Source of the DNA: Ramazzottius varieornatus
Taxonomy: Eukaryota; Animalia; Tardigrada
Length of the DNA stretch: 64,000 bases
Assembly: GCA_001949185.1 (NCBI GenBank)
Contig: BDGG01000008.1
Location: 310,001-374,000 of the forward strand
Reading direction: 5' to 3'
In this document: in pieces, positions 1 through 12,479 of the stretch
Numbering within the stretch: position 1 is the first letter of the stretch
Layout of the letters: every line of letters begins with the position of its first letter
Position numbers and translations under genes: made by a program
Notes under the pieces: model-generated
Database searches by the model: none
Seen by the model: only the letters and a program-made list of their open reading frames with translations
What the model was told of the DNA's origin: nothing

Positions 1-473
1 GAGACATCGCTGTCCTTATCCATCGTATTGAGAACTGCTTCAATGAGTCCAAAATCTGAAACGGCCTTCTGGCAACAGGGGTTGTTCTGCATGATTTGCG
101 CTAGTACTTCGCAGGATAACGAGCGAAATTCTGGTCGTGAATCTGTCAGGTACTTCTTGACTGAATGCAGGCCTCCAATCTTGCAAAAGTCGTTTGCGTA
201 GTCGATGTTCTCAGTGTAGAGGAGGAGACCGTCGAACGCTGCTTGCTGGTTTTCTTCCGTACAGTCCTCGTCGGTCAGTATTTGAAGACAAGCTTTCATT
301 TCTTGTACAGGATCGACAGACTGGAATGTGGATGCTAGGGCTTGTTGGAGCCATGCTCGGCGCTCCGGATCCATAGTCGACTGACTCGACTCCGCATGAC
401 TATTCGGATTTTGTGCTGTGATGGCGAGGTTCAGAAGGTCCCTCGGATTCTGCTGTCCGCGTCGCGACTCCAT
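1..473 (-). CDS. HSPBP1: Hsp70 nucleotide-exchange factor HSPBP1/Fes1 (5' part; runs off window start)
   Basis: Manual translation from ATG at 473: MESRRGQQNPRDLLNLAI...MDPERRAWLQQAL...LLLYTENIDYANDFCKIGG...LAQIMQNNPCCQKAV, matching the HSPBP1 motifs (MxxERRxWLxxA; ENxDxAxDFCxxxG; QNNPxCQ). Confidence 0.9.
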   Translation of the reverse strand, partial: MESRRGQQNPRDLLNLAITAQNPNSHAESSQSTMDPERRAWLQQALASTFQSVDPVQEMKACLQILTDEDCTEENQQAAFDGLLLYTENIDYANDFCKIGGLHSVKKYLTDSRPEFRSLSCEVLAQIMQNNPCCQKAVSDFGLIEAVLNTMDKDSDV

Positions 474-1358
474 AGTTTCCCCAGTGAAAGTCCGAAATGG
501 TCCTGTACTGCAAATAGATCACCAGGTCAAGGGAAGATAGTCCCTTCTCAAACAGCCATTAACTTACCTGGATCACCGTCTCCCCACCGTGCAGTACTTC
601 TGTTGATCAGTTCTCGGTATCCAGTGTGTACCCGCAGATCCAGCGAAGATGTAAACGGGAGAATCTCCGATAAACAAGAACGCAACAGTGTACTGTACGA
701 GTAGCTTAAACGCGGGCGATCCAACCGGAAGTACTCTAGAATCTAGATTCTGATTTCTGGAAAGATCAAGAATCAAGACGATTTGGCCGGGTTTGCATCC
801 CGATTGCACCAACTGGTAGTCTGGTGGTACCCGGCTAAAGCCCTTCAGTTAACAAAATAACCCTCAGTCCAGTCATCCGTTGCACTCGGCACAGACTTCA
901 CAAGTTAGCTTAACAAGTTTGTGCCATTAACCCGTAGGAGAACTTTCACGTGGTGCCGCCTACAAAGCTCTGTTCTAATTTTCTGGTTCGCATTGGCAAG
1001 TGGATCTGTCATCTGTTCTTCGCGGATTTCGTAGAGAATTTGAACTCTGTCTTTGTCTCGATATACATCTTCAGGATTAGTGTGATATTTTGACAATGAT
1101 CGACTCCGTAGATGCCAGCTTTTCTCATGAGTGGTGTCGGTACGGTTTTGATATACTTGACGTTTTATTCACGATTCAGACGCGATCGAGGCGTCTAGAA
1201 CCTCGCACCCGCGAACGAGACTTGTTTCCCCCTCGTTACCGCTTATATCACGAACAATTTCCATCTCACAAACCATTTTTTCCAGGAACGCACAAGTTCA
1301 GGACAATGAAATTTGACAATTAAATTAGCTACATTTGATACTCGCGCGCATTTTAAGG

Positions 1359-4228
1359 CTACCGATCAATTGCCATCGCCTGAGTGAAGTTTCTTGCAAG
1401 AAGTGCATGTCTTTCCAGTGGACGAGGTCGAACCGCGTTGGCCGACCTGTGAGGAACCTGTGCATCCATCTCTTGATCGTGGGGAGCTCGAGCTCCAGAT
1501 ACGGAAGAGGCCTTAGCTTCCATTTCGTCTCGCTGCAGAACTTCTTTGCAAATAACGATGAATGATATAAGCAGTGTGAAGGTCTGTGAAGCATAGAAGA
1601 TATATGCTTCCAATAACGCACTCGAGATTATACGGTAATTGGCGGATATCAATAGCCCGTGTTTGCCTGAACATCGATCTTTCTGCGTTGAGACTACTGG
1701 ATTTCCCTGTTCTCTTCGGCGTTTCGACGTGGCGAACTTGACATCGGACTGCTTACCGTGAATATGAAGTGCCGAGTGAAGTGAAGTATCTCTGCTCCGC
1801 TAAACATAATCAGCTGGTCCTTACTAACCTGGATGAATGTTTGTAAAATCGAGTGGAAAGCGCGACCCTATAACAAGTCATACCGTGAACGTTAGGCATA
1901 AAATATTCAGGAGCAACAGTCCCGTGCTTATGAAACCAAACCTGGGAACTGTTTAGCGATCCTATGACTTCTGCTTTCTCGATTAGCTGGTGAAGGCTTC
2001 CATTAACCCTCAAAGACTGAAAAGGATAGTCCGATAAGACGTTGACTGATATTCGGAAGGCCGGCAAACGAGGCGTATAGTGCAGCCGGTGCAGGACCTA
2101 AGTGCTAAGTAGCGTCTTCGACACCGACAGCGCCACTTGCGACACCGAACTTCTACGTTTTAATTGTTGGCCGGCTTCCCATCACATTTATGAAATGTAT
2201 TGTAGACTTGGTAATGTCGGTCGAAGTACCTGTTCATTCGCTCGGACCAGTGGCCACAGGAATAGTGTGCAGTGAATCAGGAAGATAATGGTGGTGACGT
2301 AGTAATAAGCTTTGACCAGCATTATCCCGTTGTCGAATCCTTCCACGATCGAAGCAATGACACCGCACATGGTCAGCAAGTCCAGTCCGTACAGGAAGAA
2401 TAAAATGGCGCCGAAATGCTCATTCATGTACTCGCACACGTGGCACAAATTGAGATACCTCTGCTTCAAGATTACCACTCTTTCGGTTGGATCTGGGTAA
2501 AATATTTCTGCTATAATCTTTTGGGTTCTAGAGAAGTACAGGTCGTGCAGCGCGTCCCTTGGTTCTATTACTAAGGTCTTCGTTTCATCCTTCAGTGCAT
2601 GGTTCAGATTCTTACAGCAGTCAGCCAAAATCTGTCCCGTTATGTAGATGCAAATGGCCATTTGCTGTGAGAGATAGAACGGAAGTGTGCTAAACACAGA
2701 AAAATAGTTTCAGGAAAGTTAACTAACTTGCGAAATTAATAAAGTCACCTGCATACGGTCCAGAACGTGTCGTACTGCCAGACAAGCATGTAAAGCGGAA
2801 GCGGATCCAAAACGCCGGTGTCGTAGAGACCTCTGTTCGTCATTAGCCCGTACTGCAGGTCGTTTAGAGTCTCAAAAGTAACGACCATGAACAATGTTAA
2901 CACAGCTCCTCCAAATGAGATAACTTTCCAGACACGAACTGTTTTAGAGACCTTGGACGTGACTACCGGAAACGTTTCGAGCAAGACCCCATCGATGAGT
3001 CGGAGGAACTCGGTCCACTGCTTCCGTTTGAACAGGAGAATGGTCAGAATGATGACACCCCGGAAGTTGTAAGTGGCGAACGGAATTTGCGTCAACGCCT
3101 GAAGATAAAAATTTAGTAAGAATACGGCAGAAGCGATAGAATCAAAAAGTTAACAACTGCCAGTTGATATACAGGGCGCTCGCACCAACTTGCTACCACC
3201 TGTTTCTTCCACGAGGGAAAAATCAGATTTCTTCTTTTCCGCCTGCTCTTTCACATTATCCATACAACTTTTCAAGCTGTGTCGGTTGACCTACGAGCCG
3301 TTTTATGATATTGAACAACAGCTTGAAGAATTTGACTAGTGTAACTTCCGGTGGGGAAGGCCTTTCGTAACGACCAAAACTGTTGTCCACAGGACCCCGT
3401 GTCAGAGTTTCGATCCGACATCTGCTATCAACAGGCAAACAACTGTCTTCGTTGTACGTCAGAAATTGAAAAGATCCACAGGAACATAAAGACGACTCAG
3501 CAAATGAATTTCAAACAGCAAATTCGACCGTTTTGCCGGGTAACCTTGCTCTATGAAAAAAGTTCCCGCTTTTGACCCGATCGGCAGATTTATGATTCTG
3601 ACCACTTTTGTAGTAACCCAGCTCGGGATCAAACTGTTCTAAATCGCACTGCCGCATGACTCGAACGGAAAACTGAAAAACTGGTTTTTGGAAACGACCC
3701 CAAAAACTGCGAAAGTTGATACTTTTGGCTTCTCTCCTCCTCCAGCTTAATGTCGGTTACGACTCCTCCTGATTTCTGGTCGGTAATTTTTCACGAGGTT
3801 GCAGACAGGATGTCGGACCATGAAAAAATAGTTTGAAAGTTGAGTAATGATCCAAGTCGAAAAAGCCGTGCTTTCGTGGGCGGTGGCTAGTTGGTGCGAG
3901 CGCCTTGTACCTGCATGATGGGATTCAGGTGAATGTTCTTGTCGGGACTGAGCAATGTGCCCACTGCGATGCCTGCATTGAACCCGAAGGAAATCCAGCC
4001 TCCGATAACCAGCAAGATCGCAAATACGAAAGCCAGACGTGAAGCGGCCATTGTCCATCTTGGATTAAGACAAGGTAAAGTGAAGGGAAAGTACCCGAGA
4101 CATTGCAAGAGAAAACACTGGAAGCCGGCAGACTGCGCAAAGGTCATCGGGTGCGATGCGGCGAACCGGACTGCCGGTCTGGAGGTTTTATGAAAAGCCG
4201 GGTCTTCCGGCTTCACGAACTCGCCCAT
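1359..4228 (-). CDS. Gustatory receptor-like 7TM chemoreceptor (copy 1), multi-exon
   Basis: Hydrophobic exons at ~4228-3910, ~3100-2749, ~2697-2230, ~1868-1757 and 1584-1359. Motifs LQCLGYFPF, CEYMNEHFGAILFF and FSGAEILHFTRHFIFT|TFTLLISFIVICKE, with the phase-0 intron before TM7 typical of the GR superfamily. Confidence 0.75.
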
Positions 4229-4593
4229 TTTAGAAGCGAAACTTCAAGACTTTCTCTCGTTCTAATACTAATCTCTCGTACTAACTAAAGACGGAGGAAG
4301 AGATTGTTGAAACTCGACCAGAAATTCTGGCGGACATTTTATACTTGTACAAACAGACGCGTATGGATCGACGCTGTGTGGGAGCCCATGGACAGCAGCC
4401 GGAAGAGGATCGGTTACTAATTATATATGAGGATCTTTTGTGAAGCAGATTATCGAGTAATATGGGAAGAAGATGGTTGACGTAAGTGTTGGTGGATACA
4501 AAAACCCTGAAGGAGACGAGTTAAGTTCGATCCGTCCGCCTTGTCGAAGAGCCAAACCCACATCGATTTCCCGTGAAGCTGGAAGTCTTTTGG

Positions 4594-6694
4594 TCAGAAT
4601 TTGTACTTTGAAAACTCTCGAGTGATAAGCAGGAAGGACAGCAGAAGCGTCAGTGTCTGTAACATCAAAGAGGTTCGACTAAGGTAGTACACAATTGATC
4701 CAACTGGGCGATCACAACAGCTTCCCGGTACGTACCGTAACGACGAACCCTCTAGTGATACTCACAGGCCCGCCGGCGACAATCAGCAGAACCTAAAAGT
4801 TCAGTCAATCAACAATGCTCCTTCAAGAAGCAGATTGATGTCAGGTAATGCGTTGCTCTGGTACCTGATCCTTGCTACCGATCAGGAAAGTCAGCAACAG
4901 CGATTTCGTTTCTTCTTGCTGTAATCAAAAATAAATTATAATCACAGTGGAAACAGTAGACGAGTCTCTGCCGTGGAAAACCTGCTAAGGTTACTGTTAC
5001 CTCATTCTCAGCCTCGAGTTGACGATATGGAGCTCGCAGCTCGATTTCGAACATGAGCTGCGCGACCAGGCCGCCCGTTTTCGTGCTCTACAAAGCGAGA
5101 AAGATACGGTAGTTTATATATAATTTATACACTCGAAGAAATAACACGAACAAGTTGAGAAGTACTTGTGCATAGGCAGAAACCATCGGCCACGCGTAGA
5201 TCGTAGTGTACGCCATAAATATGACAATACTGATAATGTCGAAGACGTTAGTAACAACTACTTTCCCTCCGTCGTTTCCAACCAGACAAGCCGTGAAGCC
5301 GAAAGCGACCAACAGATCCAAGATGACAATCAGGAACAGAATATTCCCGAAAGTGTCATTCAACTCCTCGCAATGCAGAAACAATCTCATATAACGCTGT
5401 TTAATCTTTCTGCAGGTGGCGAGTATCGAGTGGCCATGTTTGCTTTTGAAGGCGTACTGAAGTTCGGGCAGACTAGTGGCGGAAAACACTTCGTCCACTT
5501 GGTTTGCCACGCGGTTCAGCCCCACTTCGGCAGGCAAGGAAGTGTTCACAGCACGACAATATTCCTTCAGAATCTTGGCGTGCAGAAGCAAGCAGACAAG
5601 GATCTGTTGAGACAGGATGAAAGGTAAGCTGCCACAGAATCCCCAGAAGATGTAGTATCAGTAAACCTCCATTGGGAGAGGAAGTGGTTTCAGTACCTAA
5701 AATGAAAATCTTTCAGTCGTAGCCGAATGATGTCATCACGAAAATTTCGATCACCGCCTTCTTTGGCAATTATGCCTGGTCGGACGACAAACGCCAGACC
5801 TCGTTGGCCTTGTCTTCCAAGGAAGATTTATGGTGATAGTAGCTAAAGGCGTAATTATAGGGTTTGGGAAGAAAGTTGAGGCGAAACGACAAGAGCTAAA
5901 AGTGGTCACTTGTCATACCAGTTGTGATCGGTGACAAGTTGGACCTCCTCATGCAGCGATTCCACTTCATCACGGAGAACCATTACGGAGGTCCGTAATG
6001 GTTCTCCGTGATTGGCTATGATGGACTGGTCACGGAAACGGTGACTCATTTGGGAGCTCGGTAGATGAGCGCAGCAAGATCGTTTTCCAAGTGGCGCACG
6101 TGCTTGGTGTTATTGCCTGAAAGTATGCGCCACTTGAATAAGCGATCTTGTCTGGTTTTTGCCAAAGTCCGAATCGTTGTACCAGCATACTGTACATTGT
6201 CACTGAATGCTGCTTGGTTGTTCAGGACCGTATACGACCTTCCATCAAGAACTTCCCACGTGACTGACAGTATCAGGAGCGCCACAGTTAGAGCAACCGA
6301 GAAGAGGCGGAAGTTGCACACAGACGACTTGTACCGGTATCCTTGGTACAAGTTCGCGCTGATCAGTTCTTTGGCGGACTGAGCTAGTCTCCTCCATTGT
6401 TTCTCCCTGAAGAAGAAGATGGAGATCACCAGGACCGCACGAAGATTTATGCTGGCATAGGGTGTGAGACAGAGAGACTGGATGATCGAGTTGACCTTCC
6501 AGGACGAATCGGGCGTAGCGATGGCCCACGCTGCGACAAGAGCTTTGAGCAGAACCGACAACCAGCCTCCAATGATCAGCAGAAGCCCGAAGAGACGCTG
6601 CAACTTCGTGATCAGAGAAAGAGAGGGCGGTTTCCGTCGGCAAACCCGCAGATTTCCAAGAGGCCTTCCTGAATTCGAAATGGCATATCGGCTC
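4594..6694 (-). CDS. Gustatory receptor-like 7TM chemoreceptor (copy 2), multi-exon; 5' end uncertain
   Basis: Paralogous to copy 1 (PYASINLRAVLVISIFFF vs PFATYNFRGVIILTILLF; CEELNDTFGNILFL). Terminal exons VLLIVAGGPVSITRGFVVT|TLTLLLSFLLITREFSKYKF*. Confidence 0.75.
5753..5951. repeat. 199-bp dispersed repeat, copy A (in GR2 intron)
   Basis: Identical to 28643-28841 except for one substitution seen. Confidence 0.95.
5969..6012. repeat. Perfect 21-bp inverted repeat with 2-nt loop
   Basis: atcacggagaaccattacgga-gg-tccgtaatggttctccgtgat. Confidence 0.9.
6092..6132. repeat. TGGCGC-N29-GCGCCA dyad element (GR2 intron)
   Basis: aagTGGCGCacgtgcttggtgttattgcctgaaagtatGCGCCActt. Confidence 0.85.
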
Positions 6695-7358
6695 CTGCAA
6701 AACAGAAGTACCGGGCTCGAACAAATTATGGTGCTTTGTCAAAGAAATACGTAACTTCGATGCCCAGTAACGTTTGCTAACCAACTGTTTTCATTAGGGT
6801 CTCCATGTCTTCATTGCGGAAGACGATATCCGTACAACGCCACACTTGGTAACATGACCTGAAAACACACCTGGCTCCCTGTTTACCCAAACGTCCCATC
6901 ATATCAATAGTTTGACGAGTAATATCCTTCCAAGCACGACTTGATCACGCCGGTAAAGGTTATACCACATCCAGCTCAGGTGGCCCACGTCGGGTCCCCA
7001 CTCAGCACGTTCTGGCAAGGGCTAAATCAGTGAAAAATCAGGAGAAGCACTTTGCGATCGGTTTTGTTTCTGTCTCAGGTCCCTGTGTCTTACCTACACT
7101 ATACAGACGACCTACTGATAGGGTACACTACCCACCAACTTTGTTCTTCCTGGTATTTTTCCAGCCCAGTATGCAGACGACGATAACACACAGCAAGCAT
7201 TTGAATTTTGGAACGAAGGAAATCATACCTACAAAGCGGGAGAAACCCAATCCGCGTGCCTTCTAAAAAGTAGCATGAACGATCAAACGAATCTTTTGAA
7301 CACTGAAACTCTAAAACTTCCTCATGCCAATTTGTTCGCTCTTAATTACGTAGAGTCT

Positions 7359-8266
7359 TTAACGGGAGGTGTCGACCGTAGTCTTCGTTGGCTGCTGAGC
7401 TGAGATGGGCTTCACACCTGTGATTGCTCCTAGTCCTTCGTGGGATTGCAGCGGCATGTTGCTCTTCATCGGATCCAACAGGTTCTTGTTACCTTTGAGT
7501 GTCTTTCCTCGAAAATCCTCAGTGACTTTCGACGAAGCCAAATTCGACTTGCTATTTCCACTGCTTCCCTTCTTCGCGCCCTCACCTTCATCGATTATGT
7601 TCCCATTCCTATGCGAAACGTTATCCTCCTCGTCCTCTTTCTTGTTGAAGAACCCGCTGTGGCTTTTCTTCAGACCACTCTCCAGGACGTTCAATGTGGC
7701 TTGATAGGCTGCCAAGGTAGCGAAGGACTCTCGCGGTGTGTTGATCAGGTCCCTCACTCGCTTAACTTTGTTCTTGTCTTCGAACATCAGCCAGATGCCC
7801 GCAGCCAAGAGTAGAATCTCAAAGACACCCAGAAAGACTCCGAAGAATATGTCATAATCGTAATTGTAGTATTTTTGCATGAATCCGTGACTGTCTTGGT
7901 ACCACCCAATGCGAGACCCGACACCACCATGGACGGCTGAAGCGATACCAAGGCCGATACCAATGATGAAGGTCACGAAGTAGGCGATTCGAAAAATCCG
8001 CTTGGTTCTTTGGCTTGGCGTGTAGATGACGTAGAAGATCAGCGACGAGAGGGTACCAATCAATCCATGAAAGACTACCCAGGATGCTAGAGCTATGGTC
8101 GTAGGCGTGCAATCTGCAAAACCAAGCAGAGAATCGACTCTAGTCTAAAATACATTTCAGCTGAACACATTTCCGTTTAAGAAACCGAGAGCTTACTGGC
8201 CATAATCGCCGCGATCAGGACGGGAAGGCCCACTACGATTTCCGACAGCCCCAAGAACAGGATCAT
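7359..8266 (-). CDS. Uncharacterised four-TM membrane protein with long polar C-terminal tail
   Basis: Exon 1 MILFLGLSEIVVGLPVLIAAIMA (gtaagc donor ~8196) splices to the 7359-8113 ORF with three further hydrophobic helices. Topology resembles MS4A/tetraspan proteins, but the family was not recognised. Confidence 0.6.
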
Positions 8267-9004
8267 TTTGAGGGGAAGTCAGCTGAACGTCCGGGAAGAA
8301 AATCTGGAAGTTATAAAGTCGACAATAATTCATATTTTATATTGCAAGCTGGAGAGAGTTGGATCTCATACGTGTACGTTAACAGCGCAGTTGCTCACCT
8401 GATGCTCAAGAGATCGTTGGAGCTGGGTTCTGCTAATTCTTGCAACACCTTGACACTTTACCTACAAAGCATTTTATTCGCAGTAAGCAGTAAAAGGCGA
8501 GAAAATAAATTTTGGTGATAAAAACAAGCTTTCCTTACGAATGTCGGTCGCGACTTGGAAGCTGTATGTAGCACGCTTTCTTGCCGCCCGCAGGCTGTTT
8601 TCTTTTGTCCCTTTTGGATTTCGGTAGTGCTTTGCGCATATACAACAAAGCTTTGCCTCGACGAGCACAGCCCACGACTTCAAAGACAACATCAACTCCT
8701 ACAGGAAACAGAAGCAGGAGTGCAAGCTGCGATGGCCACTGGTCATTGACTCATTGCTGGACTCCACTGCAGCGCAGACCACCAACAGAAAGACTGCTGG
8801 CTCGCTAGAAGTTAATCTGTTCAAACAATCAAGCGAACGTTTATCCAACTTCTAAATCAATACGACAGCAATCAAGCCACGTGCAAGAATGTTACGTCAT
8901 TCCGAAAATCCGAAATGCTCAGCGATGTCGCTGTATATTGCTCCCCATGAGGCCATGACCTGAACTGCTAAATCTTTCTGTATACAGGACATGTTTCAAA
9001 GCTA

Positions 9005-9804
9005 ATGGGAATGGATGTAGACAGCGGCTCGAGCGGAACGCAGCTTTGCGAACCAGGGGACGTCATTATAGTCAGACGGACCAAGGACAAGGACACGCTG
9101 CATCTCCACTACGCTCTGTATGTTGGCTCCTTCGACGGCAGAGAAGTCGTAATCAACTTGGAGAGTGGGAAGCGAGACTGCTGTTGTTACTGTGCAGACT
9201 GCGAAGAGTTGTCCGACGGTGGGAAGTATGTCTGCCGCGTGAAAGAACTCTATGTGGTCCTCCGAAGCAACGATTCTGCTAAGCTGAGCTCGACGATCTC
9301 ATCCAAGTCAACCACGGTGCCGATCTGTTCTTTGAAGACGTACCTTTTGAACTGTGCTCTGAAGAAAGATTGTACTGTGTCTGAACCTAACAAAGCAGAA
9401 AGCCCCTGTAAACAATTCGTGCTGGATTTTCTGGACGAATGCGGTCTAACGCTGAATCCAACGGAACCACTTGAGAAAGACTCAAAGACCGTGGAAAGGG
9501 AACCTGTAGTGCTCGATGACGAGGAAGGGGCACTTGCTGGTGCTGGTTTCAGCACTCAGGTGAGTGAAAATTTACTTCGGATATAAGCCGAGAGTGACGT
9601 GTCACGGAAGCCGCCGTCACGGTACTCTTAAAGCTGTTAATATTTACGAAATTGCCGTCCGGTCTATATGTGTTAGCGAACGCTTTGGCATGATTGCAGG
9701 TGGAACGAGTATTCAGGCTCTTGTACTTGATGTTCCCGGTGGTAACGGTGCTCGGAGGAATGGTCTTCCGTGTATTGAAGCTTGTTGCGAAAGCAAAACG
9801 TTAA
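9005..9804 (+). CDS. LRAT/PLAAT (HRASLS)-like permuted NlpC/P60 acyltransferase/phospholipase
   Basis: EPGDVIIVRR...HYALYVG...VVINL and PCKQFV (cf. NCEHFV). Intron 9560-9699 joins a C-terminal hydrophobic helix VERVFRLLYLMFPVVTVLGGMVFRVLKLVAKAKR*. Confidence 0.7.
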
Positions 9805-9926
9805 CACTCGACTACGACCTCGGCGACCTCGTTCATTCTGAAACGGGAGTCTTTTGATCATATTATTGCCCGGTTTGATACAGTATTTATTTTAGACTAT
9901 ATCGCACTTTATCTTCGTCCCAGTTT

Positions 9927-10633
9927 TTATTTGTCTCTGTCGTGCACGGTGAGGTGCTCTTTGAGCTTTGTCCAAGAGGAGAATGTCTCCGAACAAGTCC
10001 TACACTGTAAAGAAGAATGCCAGTCTGTAGGCTCATTACCAATAATCTCTTGAGGATCGATTTTCCTTCCACTTTCTAAAATTTCTATGGCTTTCTGGGG
10101 AGGAAGAAAAAACCCGGTAGTGAATATACTGTAAACTCCTGCTGATCTCATATAATGGCTGTCAAATTCACTGGAGATCACATGCAGATGTAACCGGATG
10201 AACGAGGGGAATATGTGGAAACCCATCAGGAGGGAGTTGCTGGTTTTCGGTGCTATCTCCTTCTCCCAGAAAATTTCTCCTTGCTCCATCATATGCCGCA
10301 ATAGAGGCACATGTTCGCGACCAAGGTCTTCTACCGTGTCGATGGACTCTTTGGGGAGAACGAGATAATGAAATCGGGCCTTCGGGTACCTTCAATCCCA
10401 TAACATGCTTATGTCAGTCTTTCGGCTCTTTTCGTCAGAATTGCCACTTACTTATCTTTCAAAATAACAACAAGATCGTCAGCATACAACTGAAACCGTG
10501 GCTTCAGTGCATCCTTAAGCAATCCCAAACGCCATGAATCAGCGAGCGGATAACTGTGAAGGGTGTGAGAGGCTTGAAGCCTGCGGAGAGAACGTTCACG
10601 ATTTATTGTAAGAGTTAGTTACGAAAGCTTCAT
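9927..10633 (-). CDS. APTX: Aprataxin-like HIT + C2H2 zinc-finger protein (no FHA domain seen; start uncertain)
   Basis: VVILKDK|YPKARFHYLVLP...GFHIFPSFIRLHLHVIS...CRTCSETFSSWTKLKEHLTVH. Confidence 0.85.
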
Positions 10634-11257
10634 GCGTCAACTTCCCCCATTTGTCCTAGGTCCTCAGTCGATTTCGCGCTATCCGATGTCGATTGTTTTG
10701 ACATCATCCACCGCGCCAGATATCTTAGAACGTATCTTTGCACTTTCAAGTCGAGCAGCAGTCTACAAAACCGGGAAGATCTCAGCGAAAAGTTTTGCGG
10801 ATCCAAAAAAAACGACAACAAATCTACTCTAAATTGACATTTGACAGTCATGAAATTACGAAAGCTCATTGCCAATAGCACAGCAAGTTAACGACGTTAT
10901 CGCAACCTCCCTTTCAAAACACTCACCTTTGAAACGACCGGAAGTACGCATTCTACTTCTATGGCTTTTATCTCTGCCGATCTTCTGATTCTTGTCGGGA
11001 AGCAAAGAACATGTTTGCCGCGGGGCTTTCAAGTATGGATGGATGCTGATCGGAACTTTTGCGGTTGGATAGAGCAGTTCAAAACATTTTGAACTGATTC
11101 GACGGAACTTATACCGAGTTTGCTGGAGCGGTGAGGAACGGTGAGTGAAGCATTTTATCACTGACTACAGTTCACAGAGAGATGAACTTTGCTTTACCTT
11201 TAGTTTAGGTGCACCAAATGTCAGCCGATAACATATAGAATCAGTTGAACCTGAAGG

Positions 11258-12479
11258 ATGCTCAACGTCGGGATAACTTGCGCCTTCGCTCATGGCCGGT
11301 CCCTTGGGCGATGTACAGGCACTTCCGGCCCCCGACTAGCGCGTCTGCTCCCAGCTGTTTACGGAAGAAGTACGTGGTATCTAGCATCCAGGTGAGATGT
11401 TTCTGCGTTATTGCAGTAATCCATTCGTGCTTGGACGAGCGCGCTTCCCAGCTGATCTTGATTTCCATTTTCGTCGCGCTTAACTGATCTTGTTTACAGT
11501 TGTCCTCCTGCAGTGCAAGGTCCCCCTAACACATCATCCATACCAATGTACGTCCCCGTACGATGTGGGAGCAGTAGTGTTCAGGAGGCCGCAGCTTCCA
11601 GTATGAATACCCCGAAAGACACGAATGTGAACCCGACAGACCTGCCACCCGTACGAAGAACCCTCTCTGTTGAGGAACCCACAGTCGTCAAGCCACTGAC
11701 CAGCAGAGAAAAGCTGCGGGCGGCCATTCGCGATTATGGATCAACTGTACTCGTCTTTCACGTTGCCAGCGGATGCACGTTTCTTAGCATGTGGTATCTA
11801 ATTGTGTCCAGGTGAGGAACTAGTTCGAATCACCCTAAACCCGTTCTAAACCATGACTTCCGGTTCAGGTTTTTCTTTTGGTCGAAGCTACGTGCACGGC
11901 CTGCCGCTGCTTATTCTAAGGCTGCGTTTCCTAAGTCAACCCTAGTTCATAACCCGACACGTGATTGATGACGTCACGGCTAAGAACGAACATTGGAAAG
12001 ATGCTTGAAAAAGACGACCTTGAACAATCAAATTGCACTGTGAGTCACGCGTGCTTGATTGAACCGGGTTAACCGTTAACTAGCTTTTTTATGCTAGTTA
12101 AACTTTAACCCAGCACCTACCCCGTTAGTGACGTCATAGTCACCTGTGAAAAAGCTGGTAGTCAACTAGGGTTTTTGACTTACGTAACGCAGCCTAAGAC
12201 AGTGCACCAGGCCGTGCACGTAGAAAAAGCCGTGGCAGGCGTGCACCGAGTTACTACGTTTCGTTCTCTAGCGGGGTGGACCTTAGCTCGCTCATACGAA
12301 CGCTTGGTCTGGAAGGACGTTTGAGCAGTCTAGCGGGAGGAGCGACCACGTTCGTGGTGGCATACGCCATCCACAAAGCCACAGCGCCTTTGCGGATCGG
12401 CTTCACCTTGACCGCTGCGCCACTGATCGTAAATTATCTCAGGAGGAAAGGCGTTATGAAAGTAAAGGCCAAAGTATAA
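11258..12479 (+). CDS. FAM210B: FAM210 (DUF1279) mitochondrial membrane protein
   Basis: Three exons (11258-11391, 11500-11811, ~12273-12479). Motifs REKLRAAIRDYGSTVLVFHV and TFVVAYAIHKATAPLRIGFTL; Arg-rich transit-like N-terminus. Confidence 0.85.
11920..12194. mobile_element. MITE (PIF/Harbinger-Tourist-like) in FAM210 intron, nested in an older inverted repeat (11888-12223)
   Basis: TAA|ggctgcgtttcctaagtcaaccctagtt ... aactagggtttttgacttacgtaacgcagcc|TAA. Outer pair ctacgtgcacggcctg / caggccgtgcacgtag. Confidence 0.75.

Noticed and set aside
10190-10200. First His of the aprataxin HIT triad replaced by Arg
   Set aside because: As I recall, RLHLH occurs in other invertebrate aprataxins, so it is not unusual by itself.
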